From Podarcis vaucheri (lineage: Eukaryota), in NCBI GenBank assembly GCA_965113315.1, contig OZ220370.1: a stretch of 64,000 nt of DNA. One strand, 5' to 3'. This document shows positions 36,644 through 49,860 of the stretch, one piece after another. The notes beneath the pieces are model-generated. The model did not search any database. It was given only the letters and a program-made list of their open reading frames with translations, and had not been told where the DNA came from. Each line of letters opens with the position of its first letter. Position 1 is the first letter of the stretch. A program made the position numbers and the translations under genes.

Positions 36644-38679
36644 CAGGCAATACCAATGAGACGGAAACATGGAAGGTGCCTAAAGAAGCCAGGGTGGCTA
36701 TCTAAAGAACTTTTAACTGAATTAAGATTAAAAAAGGATGTGTACAAAAAATGGAAAAGGGCGGAAACCACCAAAGAGGAATTCAAACAAATAGCCAGCA
36801 CGTGTAGACACAATGTCAGAAAAGCTAAAGCACAGAATGAACTCAGGCTTGCTAGAGAGGTTAAAAGCAACAAAAAAGGCTTTTATGGGTATGTTCGTAG
36901 CAAAAGGAAGAACAAAGAAACAATGGGGTCACTCAGAGGAGAAGATGGTGAAATGCAAACAGGGGACACAGAAAGGGCTGAACTACTCAATGCCTTCTTT
37001 GCCTCAGTCTTCTCCGATAAAGAAAACAATGCCCAACCTGAAGAATTTGGAGCAAATGATTCAGCAAAGGAAACACAGCCCAGAATAACTAAGGAGATAG
37101 TACAAGAATACTTGGCTAGTTTAGATGTATTCAAGTCTCCAGGGCCAGATGAACTGCATCCAAGAGTATTAAAAGAACTGGCAGATGTGATCTCAGAACC
37201 ACTGGCAGTCATCTTTGAGAATTCCTGGAGAACAGGCGAAGTCCCGGCAGACTGGAGGAGGGCAAATGTTGTCCCTATTTTCAAAAAGGGGAAAAGAGAG
37301 GACCCAAATAATTACCGCCCAGTCAGTCTGACATCAATAGCAGGGAAGATTCTGGAGCAGATCATTAAGCAAACAGTCTGTGAGCACCTAGAAAGGAATG
37401 CTGTGATCACCAATAGTCAGCATGGATTTCTGAAAAATAAGTCATGTCAGACTAACCTGATCTCGTTTTTTGACAGAATTACAAGCCTGGTAGATGAAGG
37501 GAACGCAGTGGATGTAGCCTACCTTGATTTCAGCAAGGCATTTGACAAGGTGCCCCATGATATTCTTGTAAAGAAGCTGGTAAAATGCGGTCTTGACTAT
37601 GCTACCACTCAGTGGATTTGTAACTGGCTGACTGACCGAACCCAAAGGGTGCTCATCAATGGTTCCTCTTCATCCTGGAGAAGAGTGACTAGTGGGGTGC
37701 CACAGGGTTCTGTCTTGGGCCCGGTCTTATTCAACATCTTTATCAACGACTTGGATGATGGACTCAAGGGCATCCTGATCAAATTTGCAGATGACACCAA
37801 ACTGGGAGGGGTGGCTAACACCCCAGAGGACAGGATCACACTTCAAAACGACCTTGACAGATTAGAGAACTGGGCAAAAATAAACAAGATGAATTTTAAC
37901 AGGGAGAAATGTAAAGTATTGCACTTGGGCAAAAAAAATGAGAGGCACAAATACAAGATGGGGGACACCTGGCTTGAGAGCAGTACATGTGAAAAGGATC
38001 TAGGAGTCTTGGTTGACCACAAACTTGACATGAGCCAACAGTGTGACGCGGCAGCTAAAAAAGCCAATGCAATTCTGGGCTGCATCAATAGGAGTATAGC
38101 ATCTAGATCAAGGGAAGTAATAGTGCCACTGTATTCTGCTCTGGTCAGACCACACCTGGAGTACTGTGTCCAGTTCTGGGCACCACAATTCAAGAAGGAC
38201 ACTGACAAACTGGAACGTGTCCAGAGGAGGGCAACCAAAATGGTCAAAGGCCTGGAAACGATGCCTTATGAGGAACGGCTAAGGGAGCTGGGCATGTTTA
38301 GCCTGGAGAAGAGGAGGTTAAGGGGTGATATGATAGCCATGTTCAAATATATAAAAGGATGTCACATGGAGGAGGGAGAAAGGTTGTTTTCTGCTGCTCC
38401 GGAGAAGCGGACACGGAGCAATGGATCCAAACTACAAGAAAGAAGATTCCACCTAAACATTAGGAAGAACTTCCTGACAGTGAGAGCTGTTCGACAGTGG
38501 AATTTGCTGCCAAGGAGTGTGGTGGAGTCTCCTACTTTGGAGGTCTTTAAGCAGAGGCTTGACAACCATATGTCAGGAGTGCTCTGATGGTGTTTCCTGC
38601 TTGGCAGGGGGTTGGACTCGATGGCCCTTGTGGTCTCTTCCAACTCTATGATTCTATGATTCTATGATTCTATGATTCT
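36644..38679 (+). mobile_element. 5'-truncated CR1 LINE, young
   Basis: Uninterrupted ORF2 3' part; CR1 3' UTR (gggttggactcgatggccc...ttccaac) and (ATTCTATG)n tail. Confidence 0.97.
36656..38587 (+). CDS. CR1 ORF2 reverse transcriptase (5'-truncated, endonuclease domain missing; start codon is internal)
   Basis: Motifs [62 protein letters not shown]; no stops over 643 aa. Confidence 0.9.
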   Translation: MRRKHGRCLKKPGWLSKELLTELRLKKDVYKKWKRAETTKEEFKQIASTCRHNVRKAKAQNELRLAREVKSNKKGFYGYVRSKRKNKETMGSLRGEDGEMQTGDTERAELLNAFFASVFSDKENNAQPEEFGANDSAKETQPRITKEIVQEYLASLDVFKSPGPDELHPRVLKELADVISEPLAVIFENSWRTGEVPADWRRANVVPIFKKGKREDPNNYRPVSLTSIAGKILEQIIKQTVCEHLERNAVITNSQHGFLKNKSCQTNLISFFDRITSLVDEGNAVDVAYLDFSKAFDKVPHDILVKKLVKCGLDYATTQWICNWLTDRTQRVLINGSSSSWRRVTSGVPQGSVLGPVLFNIFINDLDDGLKGILIKFADDTKLGGVANTPEDRITLQNDLDRLENWAKINKMNFNREKCKVLHLGKKNERHKYKMGDTWLESSTCEKDLGVLVDHKLDMSQQCDAAAKKANAILGCINRSIASRSREVIVPLYSALVRPHLEYCVQFWAPQFKKDTDKLERVQRRATKMVKGLETMPYEERLRELGMFSLEKRRLRGDMIAMFKYIKGCHMEEGERLFSAAPEKRTRSNGSKLQERRFHLNIRKNFLTVRAVRQWNLLPRSVVESPTLEVFKQRLDNHMSGVL

Positions 38680-41600
38680 CAACCCATTCCACAGAAAATG
38701 TGGATGTGAATTATGCCTATTAAAGACAGTGAGGCTCAAGACTGTGTGTCTGCCATTTCTCATCACGACGCTATTCCTTTCTACACCACTTATCAACATG
38801 GTAAACTTTGTTTTCCTGGGAGTCATGATTTTTTCCCCCAACCACTGGGGACAATAGCAAAACGTCAGATAACAGCCTCATTACACATCAAACAGCCTTT
38901 GCCTGACATGTCTGGAACAAAACATCAAGAGATTGAGCAGGAGGAGAGATGCTTGCTTTGGTTTGAAGGTGGCCACTGAATTGTAATAGAGGTTTTATGA
39001 CACAAAGCTCTCTTCTTGCTGCCTAGGAACAAGAGTTGATCTTGAACTGCAAGTGGGTAAGTAAGCAAACTCTGAAGTTTAAGTTTACAATAGAAGAGCC
39101 ATAGAGCACCAGCTCTGCATGAAGATGGTTCCAAGTTTAATCATTGGGATCTCCAAGTAGGACTGGGAATGTCCTCTGCAGGAAGCCTTGGAGAGTTGCT
39201 TTCAGCCAGGTTAGAAAACACTGGAAGCCACCTTAGACTGAGTCAGATACTTGTAGCTAATCTATGCAAGGGTCGTTGAAGTCGCTTACTATTACAGCGT
39301 TTCGTCTTTGGGATGCCTCTTTGCTCTGCCATCTGAAGATCCCCCTGAGCATTTTGATCAGGAGGACAAAGCAGGGGTTAACCAGCATTTTAAGGTACAT
39401 TTCCCCAAATATGTGTATTTCTGCAAATGCTTTCCCCTAATACGACTTATTTTTTTATGTTATTTTCCCTCATGTATTTTTTCTACATTCTTAGATTAGA
39501 GAATGCATCAGAAAATTCAGGGAAAAAATGGGCTTTCAATGGCTTTATTTCAGGAAGTGCAAATTATGGAGTTTCACATTAAAATGCTAACCGAGCTGAC
39601 GTTCTCCCCCATCCCTTCTGAACAGCCGCATGAGGACACAGTGGTATCTGTGAACTAGGACTTGTTCACTTCCACCACTGCCACCTCATAGGCACAATGA
39701 CAACACCTGTGCGCCAAGCCATGCTCACAATGCTATGTTCCAAGAAGCAAAATATGAACCAATGCAGATAATTTAGGGAGTTTTCTGGAAATGTAGGCAC
39801 TTTCAATAGTATGGGTGAATCTCAACACAATATTATTTGGGAGCAAAGTCCAACAGAATTCAGTGGGACTGCTTTCCAAATAATAAACATACATATTGTC
39901 AGACTGCATCATTTTTCTCTGCAACAAAAATGATACAACCTTATTTACTACATCATTTTCACCACTCTCTCCATAACAGTATATTATATATTGGTTATTT
40001 TGGATCCCCTTATAACTGCTTACATAAATGGTATCCTTTCTTGGTCCAACACTTCGTTAAAATGAACAAGCTATAGCATTTCATCCAAAATGAGAGCTTT
40101 CTAAATTAAATCTTCACTTGTTTTGCTTCATAGTTAGAATTTAAGGATTTTTTTTTAAAGGAAAGATATGAGGCTTTGTTTTAATTTAAAAGCAGACTCA
40201 GTTCCAACTGTGTAACATATTGCCAGCTTTAGGGTGATTTACTTTCAGCTATAAGTAAAATAATAAATCATTCACCATTTTCTAGACTTGCTTCTTCAAC
40301 ATTCATCTCAGCTACTACAAATCCCTTTGTTAAACCTATTTGCTTGCCAGTTGCACAATGAATTATAGATTAATTACTCAATAACAATTATGGAGGTGAT
40401 GCCTGACTGAGGATTCACACTCACACATTTTGGTTAAGTTAAACATAGATATTCAGTTTCAGTCTTGCCTTAGAATAAGAACTTCAATATGATGGGCTAA
40501 TAAAACAAACAAAAACGGATGGCAGATCCATGTAATGTTTGGGGAAGGGGTAAAACGCATAAGGCAGTGGAGTCTTGTTGTTTGCCATAGTAGATGAGCA
40601 GGCCTTCACAGATGTCTGATGGTCTCTGCAAGTTTTACTTTCTGGATAGTTTTGATTTTTTAACAATAAGTAAATACTTACATTTCTTGCAGTTATGATT
40701 ATAAAGAAATTAATAATATTTAGGGAGCTGCTTTATACAGAGCCAGACCATCTAGCGCAGTATTCCTTCTGCACCAGGATTCCCCAACCCGGTGCCCACT
40801 CAATATTGCTGAATAGATGTCTCATCATCCCTAGCCATTGGTCATGCTGGTTTGGGCAGATTGTCATCAATGAAACCAGACATTGTTTTTCTTCATGTAT
40901 GCAACAGCCCCTGTGTAGGTTAAGACCCAGACTATCCTGACTATGCAATGTCAATGATTCATTCAACAGGGTTCCTGAAAGTGGAGAAAACATTGAAAAC
41001 ATGACTTTTTATATAAATACTTTAAAAATTTAAATATACTTTATACTTACAGGTGGACTGTTTCAGTCAAGCTATGATAATTCAATGGTGTCCAAAAAGC
41101 TCAGGTTTTGTTATGTTAAATGTATTGCATTGCACTGCACTGCACTAAATAGAGTTGTTTAAACATTATAGGCTAAGGAGCTTGTCTAAAAAGGCATATT
41201 TAAATTACTACAAATCACCTGAATAGTTCATACCTTAAAATTAGCCAATTAGGGATACTCTAATTATAGGACACATTACAACTCCAACCAGCAGATGGTG
41301 CTAAACCATCTTCTTAGTGTTTACTTTGTTACCATTCTGTGTGCTACCATGTCATCATTCTGTCCTACTAAGAATCTTGGCATTCTACCATGTTTGTTTC
41401 CAGTGTAGCTCAGGCTGGACTTATGGTGAAATAGAAGCTTTGTAGATGAGTGGGGACCTTCGACTCCAATATCCAAAAAACAATACTCTATCCACTGTAC
41501 AAGCCCCCACTAATAATTGCACAATAAAGGAAACAAAGCATTTCTTCAACGCTTTGGAGTTCAGCCTGGGACTCTTACAAGCACCATAATGTTTAAAATG

Positions 41601-43934
41601 TTAACTGAAAGCATCTTAAGGCCCAATACCATCTTCTTGAAGGCTACCATTTCTTGAAGATTTGAGTTTGGCCTGGATAGGAACCACATGATGGTTCCAT
41701 GATGGATGGAAGGTTGAGTATAAATGTAACTAAATAATGTATTAAAGGGTTCACATAAATAAATGGACAGCATCAGCCAGAGAAAACCTTCAATTGTCCA
41801 TTGCTTCAGGCCTTGGACTTGTAACCTATCTGCTGAAACAGCAACCTCATATCTTCAGAATTTATCTCTTCCCTTGAAAATCTCTTTTCAAAGTGCTGAG
41901 CAGATCTACCCAGATACTTGATGAATGACTGGGTCTGAATAGGGGAAGGGTGGGCACGAAGACATTGCTTAATCCTTTTCCTTCCTGTCAATTTTATGCT
42001 AAGCTTTAAAAATACCAGTAGCTTGTGAAGGATAATGTCAAGCTGGGAAAGAACCAGGCACCTTCCTGCCACCCCCTCCTTCTGCTTAGGCTGAAACTTG
42101 TGCCAAATAGTTCTGTGGTGAAGAGTGTACACAAAGGGAAAAGAATTACAGAACTCCACATAACGTGCAGCTTCAGAGATCTTGAAGGCAGGAAAAAATG
42201 CATTGGCAACAGGCTATTCAACCATCTCACTTTAAGTTCACAGTTGTTCCCTTGAAGCCACATCAGTACCATCTCCACACCTCACACTGCACATGATATC
42301 AAGTGTGGTTGGGGGAAACAACCTCAGGGGCTTAACTGGGATTCCTAACAGGCCAGGTTTGGCCTACGGGTTTAGCGTCATGTCCACAGCAAAACAAAGC
42401 ATGTGGACAAGTAGTCTGAACCTCAAGGTAGATATACTAGACCACTTGCCAAGTAATCCACCCCTAGTTTGATGGTAAAAGTGCCTTGTTAGGCCTGTCT
42501 GGAAGGCACAATGAGTGAACTTAACAGCCACACTGTGAAACAAAATGCAAAATGGAATATGAGAAATCCCAGATACAAATGATTCCAAAACCTCCAAGCT
42601 GCTATGCACAGGTCTCCACCCTTTATAAACTCCTGCTCAAAGCATTTTTCATCCTCACAGATATTAGTATGTGTACAACAATGTGCCTGTACAGAATAAC
42701 TTGAAGGACCAAGCCCTCTTCTGCGTACCAGGGACAATAAATAAAAATAAGGCTTCAGTTGTGTAACAATGAGGTTTACATTGATGAGGAATCATCATGT
42801 AGCTTTCATTATACTGGAAGAGCTTGATCAGAATACTTATTTATTCACTATAGGGCTCTCCAGCTTTACCCCCTTAGTCCACTCCCACACCCTAGCTAAG
42901 CTTTGATGTGTGAAGGCTACAGGTATCCTGCAGTGACACTTCAGCAAGCTGTTTCATGCCAGCTCTTACTAGGATGCTCCTAACTCTTCCACTCCAGGGA
43001 AAGATTTCATCTTTGATGCTGCTAAAAGATTAAAGCTGCTCTCATTTTCCAGTCCAAGCCAAATAGGTGCATAAGCAAGCTGTTTGATTGTTTCACTGTC
43101 ACCACAGTGGTACAATATTACCCTGAATTTTTGCAATGCTTTACTGTAAGTAGCATAATAGCGGTCATTTGCAAGTCAAATGCAGAGGGAAGGTGGAAGA
43201 GAGGTTACGAAAGGTAGGTTGCGAGGATATTTTCTTTACAAGTCCTTATTTTGCAAATTACCCATGAACCCAGTGTCTTTCGTTCAGGGCAAGAGGTGAC
43301 ATGAACATTAGAAAATCTGTAATATCGTTGGGGGCAAATATCGGGATTCATTACCCGTGGAGTCCTTAAACTCCAGCAACATCCCCCCACCTGGAGATAT
43401 TGCTAGTCTGAACGAGCCAAGTAAAAAGGATATGCCAGTCTATGAAGATACAGTGCAGTGCAGTTGATTTTTTATATACCATCCCTCAAACAGAATGCCA
43501 CAAAATAGTTCACAGGGACAGAAATGTAATACTTTACAGAGCTTGGTGCTGCAGCTCCCAGAATGGCAAAAAGGGAAAATGACGTATGGAAATGGAGCCC
43601 AGAAAAAGGAAGAGCTGCAATTTAAAAGGCAGTAAAGATGCAGGTAAGTATCCTTGGGGACAAGTCATAGTGAAGGATGCAGCAATAGTGTTTAGTGTCA
43701 ATCGGAGACAAAGACAACAATTGATGAGCAGAATTAACTCAGAGACGTAAGTGATTACTAGCAGGCAGGCTAACCTTTCGGCATCATCCCAAGGAGCAAT
43801 GGGAGAAGTTTGTGTCTCCTTAGCAATGTTTCAGATTGTGCTTCTCCCACTGCTGTCGGAGTCCTGACTAAGAAGCAGTCACTGTGGAAAGGGCATTGCC
43901 TGCAACAGTCGACCCCTAGTAGGTATGCAGACCA

Positions 43935-43937
43935 GTC

Positions 43938-43993
<56 letters not shown>
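43935..43993. repeat. (CT)n(GT)n compound microsatellite
   Basis: Direct reading. Confidence 0.9.
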
Positions 43994-46302
43994 TTCAGAT
44001 TACACATTTCACTTTGCAAGTTAAGTCTTATAAGGCTGAGCCAAGAACTCAAAAGCTAAACAACAGAGGCCACAGACTGATAGCTTTTTTTGTATGCTTG
44101 TGACACATAGTATGTGCATAAATCTGTTGGTGGAGCAATTAGAGGATAGTCAGGGACATTCAATGAAGCTGGAAGTGGCAAAGCAAGTGCTGAGAACCTT
44201 TGGCCCACCAGATGTTGATGAACCACAGCTCCCAACAGTCCCAGTAAGCATAGCCAATGGTCAGGGATGATGGGAGTTGCAGTTCAGGAATAGCTGCCAG
44301 CATCCCAAGGGTCCCCCACACCTGTGGTAAAGCAATTCTTAACCTCTTATTACTCTCGTCCGTTTTTTTATATTCCCATTGATAATTTACCTCCCTGTAT
44401 ATAATGAAAAGAAAGCATATCAAAAAGGAGGTTAGGTGGACAGGTTAATTTGCAAGTAATTGGGGGATGATGATATTGTCCATTATAACAGATATTCCGT
44501 TTGGGATAGATAAATTCAGCAAATCATCCCAACCTGGATGGGACAATAAGGCAATCATTATGCAGATTGTATTTGAAGGTGTGAGCTTTGAGACGACTCC
44601 TATCACAGAGATGGCAAAGATCTTCTTCTGTTTCCACCTTCCAGGATCTAAAATGTTGGATTGAAACCCACAAGTCCTCAGCCAGCCACCTGTGTCATTT
44701 TGGGTTGCCTTCTTGACCTGATAAGATCATCAACCCAAGACCCCCTCCTATTTTTGCACTTTTCTTATGAATGACTAATTCAGAGTTAATGAGGTAACCC
44801 AATAGCCAATGCAGCTCTGCCGAAGGAGAATAGTGCAGCAAAATAAAAGAGCTTGAGAACTGTTTACATAACTGTTGACTGACTCTTTTACAGTGGATTT
44901 ATAAAGGCTTGGTCTGCTGGGGATACTACCAGCTGCCTCAATTACAGTATTTCTCTGAATTGTGCTGTCTGGTGGGGGATAGGCTGGTCTCACGTACCCA
45001 TTTGCTTGATAAATGTGGATTAGGCATTCTTCTGAATATATTGGAGAAAACAGGTAACCACAACTGGATCTTCATAATGTGATCTCTTAGAATATTCTCA
45101 TGTTTTTGCTGCAACATTGCATGAATAATATGTGACAGGGACACAAGGTTGCAGCAACTACACCACTCTTGTAAGGCAAAACTAGCACATCAGGGATAAA
45201 GACAGGCTACAACCATTGGCATTTAATCACCTTCATTCTGAAGTGTTCCAATTCCAGGAATATTAGCTGTGATTCCTGCATTTGCCCTGGAAGACCTTTT
45301 GGGTTCCTTCCAACTCTACAATTCTATGATACCCCAATTCACCTGAATATATAGATTCCTCTCCATCAGGGTGGAGAAAATGTGCCCCTCCAGATGTCAT
45401 TGGTCTCCAACTCCCATCAGCCCCAGTCAGTATGGCCAATGGCCAGGGATGATGGGAACTGGAGTTCAACAGGATCTGAAGAGCCACAGGTTTCCTGTCT
45501 CAGCTCTATAAAGACACAAGCAGCACCCATAGGAGTCTTTACCAAATAGGTGATTTTCCACAAGGACTCATTCATCCATTCATAAGGGCATTTATAAAGT
45601 ACCAAATTATAAGTAAAGTATTGTGGCAAAAAGGCACAGTGAAAATCACTAAGATATAATAAACTGATATAATACAGTCATATTTCTATTTAAAACAGCC
45701 ATGAGTGGCCCCAACATTTACAGAGCTGCGGGAGTGAGCATTTAAATGCCCTGTAGCACCAGAAAGTAGCTAAACCTAAGAGCTGTCTGTGAAAAGCTCC
45801 CATCACCACTACAGGTTTTCTTCCATCAACCTTCCCATAACAGTCTGCTTCTCCTTTCCTTTTACCTAACCGCTTCTCCCCACTATTGCCACCAAGTGCA
45901 GGGCCAACCCCTGCTTCATAGCAACCATTCTCCATGTGTCCCTAGTGTCAGAGGCTGGCAGAGCCAAGAGGAGGCTTTCGGAGAACAGCAAATGAAAATG
46001 AGACTATCCCAGAAAGAGGCCAAGCGGGCTGTGGGAGCCTCCACTAAGGGAGAGAATCAGAGACTAAAAATGGGGAGGGGGAGAGGAAAGTACATCTTGA
46101 TTCCCTGCCCATGTCCTCTCTAGAGCAGCAGGCTCACCCCATCTTCCCACCACCAGCTCCTTCTGGGGAGAAGGAGGCACATGAGAGTGAGACAGTCTCT
46201 GTGCAATTAGTGGTGGAAGTAGTTTGAGAAACACATGCAGCAGAGGGGGCAACACCCAGTAAGGAGGAGTGAATGCCTGAAAGGGTGTCCATTCCACATT
46301 TT

Positions 46303-46666
46303 AAAAAAGATAAAGGGCCCCTGACAGTTAAGTCCAGTCGCGAACGACTCTGGGGTTGCGGCGCTCATCTCCCTTTACTGGCCGAGGGAGCCGACATTTG
46401 TCTGCAGACAGTTTTTCCAGGTCATGTGGCCAGCATGACTAAGCCACTTCTGGTGAAACCAGAGCAGTGCACGGAAACACCGTTTACCTTCCCACCAGAG
46501 CAGTACCTATTTATCTACTTGCACTTTGGCATGCTTTCAAACTGCTAGGTTGGCAGGAGCTGGGACCAAGCAACAGGAGCTCACCCTGTCGCGGGGATTC
46601 GAACCGCCAACCTTCCAATTGGCAAGCCCTAGGCTCTGTGGTTTAGACCACAGTGCCACCCACATC
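46303..46666 (-). mobile_element. Sauria SINE, full length; a 5' fragment in opposite orientation lies at ~46758-46797
   Basis: Matches the other two copies; TSD ttccacattt (46292-46301 / 46667-46676). Confidence 0.9.
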
Positions 46667-47100
46667 TTCCACATTTAGGAGGACACAAAGGAACACATAG
46701 AGCACAGTTCAGTAGTCAGGGCAGGAAAAGAAGGAATTAGCAAAGCCTTCACTCTGTGTGGCGCTGTGGTCTAAACCACAGAGCCTAGGGCTTGCTTATC
46801 TATATGTATTTCCTGAAAGCCTTAAGGGGCTGATGTAACAAAGCTTTCTTTCTATTTAAAAAAAATGGAAAAACCTTAAGGAGTCTGGGCTCAATTCCCA
46901 GTGGGCAGGACACCTACAGACCATCCTGTCCCCTGACATTTTCTCCTTGCAACTCCCTCAATGCCATGATGGAGACAAGAGATAGGAAAAAAGAGGGCTC
47001 AGAGAGGAGCCATACTTGAACTTACAAGCTGCCTGTGATTAGTTAGCTGGTTGTCCTTAGGGCCTGCTCCATTCTTCCACCTGAAGAGAAGAACAAGATG

Positions 47101-47102
47101 CT

Positions 47103-47155
<53 letters not shown>
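47101..47155. repeat. (CT)n(CA)n compound microsatellite
   Basis: Direct reading. Confidence 0.9.
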
Positions 47156-48604
47156 ATGCCATGTACAGAAGGCAACCAGACCAGCAGTTGAATATTGTTC
47201 CAACACTGGTATCCTGCACCATATCTGAGGGAGGCAGGCTAACATGGAGGGCACAGAGTAGGCCACATAGCAGACACAGCTCTGTCGTCCAAAACATCTC
47301 CCTTCCTTCCAGCACCAGTTGCCTCAGGCCAGTTGCCTTTGCTTAAGGGCGGGAGCGGCCCTGGTCATCCTAGATGCATGCTGAGCCATGGACACTGTTA
47401 GTGACTGGAACAGCATGAACCCGATAAAAGCAGACTTGTCAAATATCTCGTGTCACGCACCTCCTCTACCCTGTGGCTTTTCTTAATTTTGAAATCCTTT
47501 TCTATGGAGAACAGAGTCCATTAAATGAATCTGTTGCTGAAGTGATGACTTTGTCTGTTGATAGTGTTGCCTCATCATATCACTTACAATCCAGTTACCC
47601 TTGTGTCCTATGGAGTTACTCGTTAATGCTTTGTGTCTGGGGAGTAAACAATCCTTGTTTCTTCCAATCTACCAGTTAAAAATCCCAGCACTCTTTCCAT
47701 CTCCCCAGGTGCCTAAGGGGGAGGTAACGAGGGATGAGGAGAGAGAGATTTGCATCTCCCTCTCTCTTTTTTGAAAAAGCAAACAAAATCTGCCTGCACA
47801 TCACTTCAAGGGAATGGTAGAAGGCTAATTTGGTTCTGGGGTAGTTGTTGTTATTAAAGAAGATGCTTCTGCACAGTTGCCACACTTTCATTCTGGCACA
47901 CATGTTAGAATAGACAGGCTTCACAACATTAGTTACCTGATACTGTCAGGGATGAAGTGCCAGTACATGATGGGTGATTTATGTGAAATTAGCATAATTG
48001 ATATACCATTGCAGCAGCTGACAAAGAAACAAATGTATTTCTAATTTCTGCAGCTGCAGCAACTGCTATTGTTAGCGTGAAACCTGATCCCCGTTGTAAG
48101 GTGGGACAAGTTTCGCTTTTGGAAGCATGCAAGGGAACTACTTTGTGGTCTTGCTCTGTTTGTCCAACTGATAAATTGCCCACGATGCAGAGAATAGTGA
48201 TTCTCCGTTATTTCCATCAGAGTGGCAAATACACTATTGTTCTGTATCGCATAAATGACATTGAGCAGTTTTCCCACACTCCAACGCAGAAGTTATCTAG
48301 CAGCTTTTTTTCAAAAATAAATGAGCTTCCAAAATATAGCCATATGCCTTTGATTTCCCAGAATTTTTTAAAAAACAACAACTGTGGTGACCTCCAGACT
48401 TTCAGTACTTTGCAGGAGTGACTCAAGTGTATGCCAGAAATTTAGGTTTGCCCAGTTAAAAGTTGATTTTTGTCCTGGAACAACAACAAAAAGAAAAGGA
48501 GAGGAAACTAATGTTTATTGTTAGGAAGCTGATGTGAAAATGGACAGAAAAGTTCACAATGAATTGATGACTGTCACTGTACTGTGGTACTGGTACAGTA
48601 CCAC

Positions 48605-49480
48605 TAGTTACATTAGAATGTTTAGATTTAAAAAATGGATTTTTGGACAGAAGCTCACAATTTGAAAGAGAATTATTGCAGAATGAGGATAAACTATTGT
48701 CTAAAGTGTATAACTTTTTTGTAATGGGAAACAAAAGACGAGCTAGTTAAAGTTTCAATGACACACTGGGCAATAAATATAGGACACAATATATAAACTT
48801 CTGGGAGAAACTTTGGAAGAATTATTTGAAATTTACTGATTGAAAGAGAATTATATGAAAATGATTCAGAGATAGTATTTAACTTTGAGTAGGTTAGCTA
48901 AGATGTATAAAGCAGAGTTAGATATGTGTTGGAAATGTAAGGAAATGGAGGGAACTTTCTTTCATATGTGGTGGACATGTAAAAAGGTAAAAGAATATTG
49001 GGAAATGATCTATAATGAGCTGAAAAAAATGTTTAAAATAACTTTCCCCTAAAGACCAGAGTCCTAAAGACCAGAGTCCACAACCCAGATAGAAATTCCT
49101 AGGTGTCAGAAAAAATTAAGTATGCAACAGCAGCAGCACGAGTTTCGTTAGCCCAAAAATGGAAAGTGAGGGAGTTCCCAGGCAAAGAAGACTGGCAACT
49201 TAAGATGTTAGAATATGCGGAACTTGCAGGCTTAACACACAGAATAAGAGAGCAAGAAGAACATATATTCAAAGAAGAGTGGGAAATGTTTATTGAGTAT
49301 ATGGAAAATAATTGTACATAGCTGAAAACACTAGCAGCACTAAGATAAAAAAACAACAGTGTAATTTGATGTTTGAGTGATGTAGGAGTGGAAAACTGAA
49401 TAAAATGGTTATAGTAAAATATGCAGGAATGAAGGACAAGTGGAATGAACCATGGAAGGAGAAGGAGGGAAGTCATTGGA
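48605..49480 (+). mobile_element. L1 LINE ORF2 3' fragment (pseudogenised)
   Basis: CCHC zinc knuckle DMCWKCKEMEGTFFHMWWTCKKVKEYW at ~48921-49000; downstream AARVSLAQKWK...WEMFIEY; stops and frameshifts; 15-bp tandem duplication taaagaccagagtcc. Confidence 0.85.
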
Positions 49481-49721
49481 TACATAAACACATATATACA
49501 TTTTTTAAAAAACAAAAACAAAACAGAATGAACTGATGACTAACAGGAAGATATATAACTACCATACAAGCAAATCAGGATAAAGAAGGCGGCCCACAAA
49601 TCAGAACAAAGACTCAACGAAGGCCAAGCACAGTCCAATCTCTGCATAAGCTTTGTGGAAGCAAATCAGGATAATGATCGATAAACAGGTCATTCAAATA
49701 GCATGAAAATATTTGCCAATT

Positions 49722-49860
49722 AGAATCATAGAATTGTGGAGTTGGGAGGGACCACAAGAGTCATCTAGTCCAAACCCCTGCAATGCAGGAATCTTTTGCC
49801 CAATGTGGAACTCCAACCCACAACCCTGAGATTGAGTCTCATTCTCTGCCAACGGAGCTG
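49722..49860 (-). mobile_element. Short SINE: tRNA-Lys-derived head fused to CR1 3' tail
   Basis: Minus strand agctccgttggcagagaatgagactc--aatctcagggttgtgggttggagttccacattgggc resembles tRNA-Lys(CTT); then gcaggggtttggactagatga...ccaactccacaattctatgattct (CR1 tail). Confidence 0.8.

Noticed and set aside
36883-38643. Antisense ORFs over the CR1 copies
   Set aside because: Shadow frames of CR1 ORF2.
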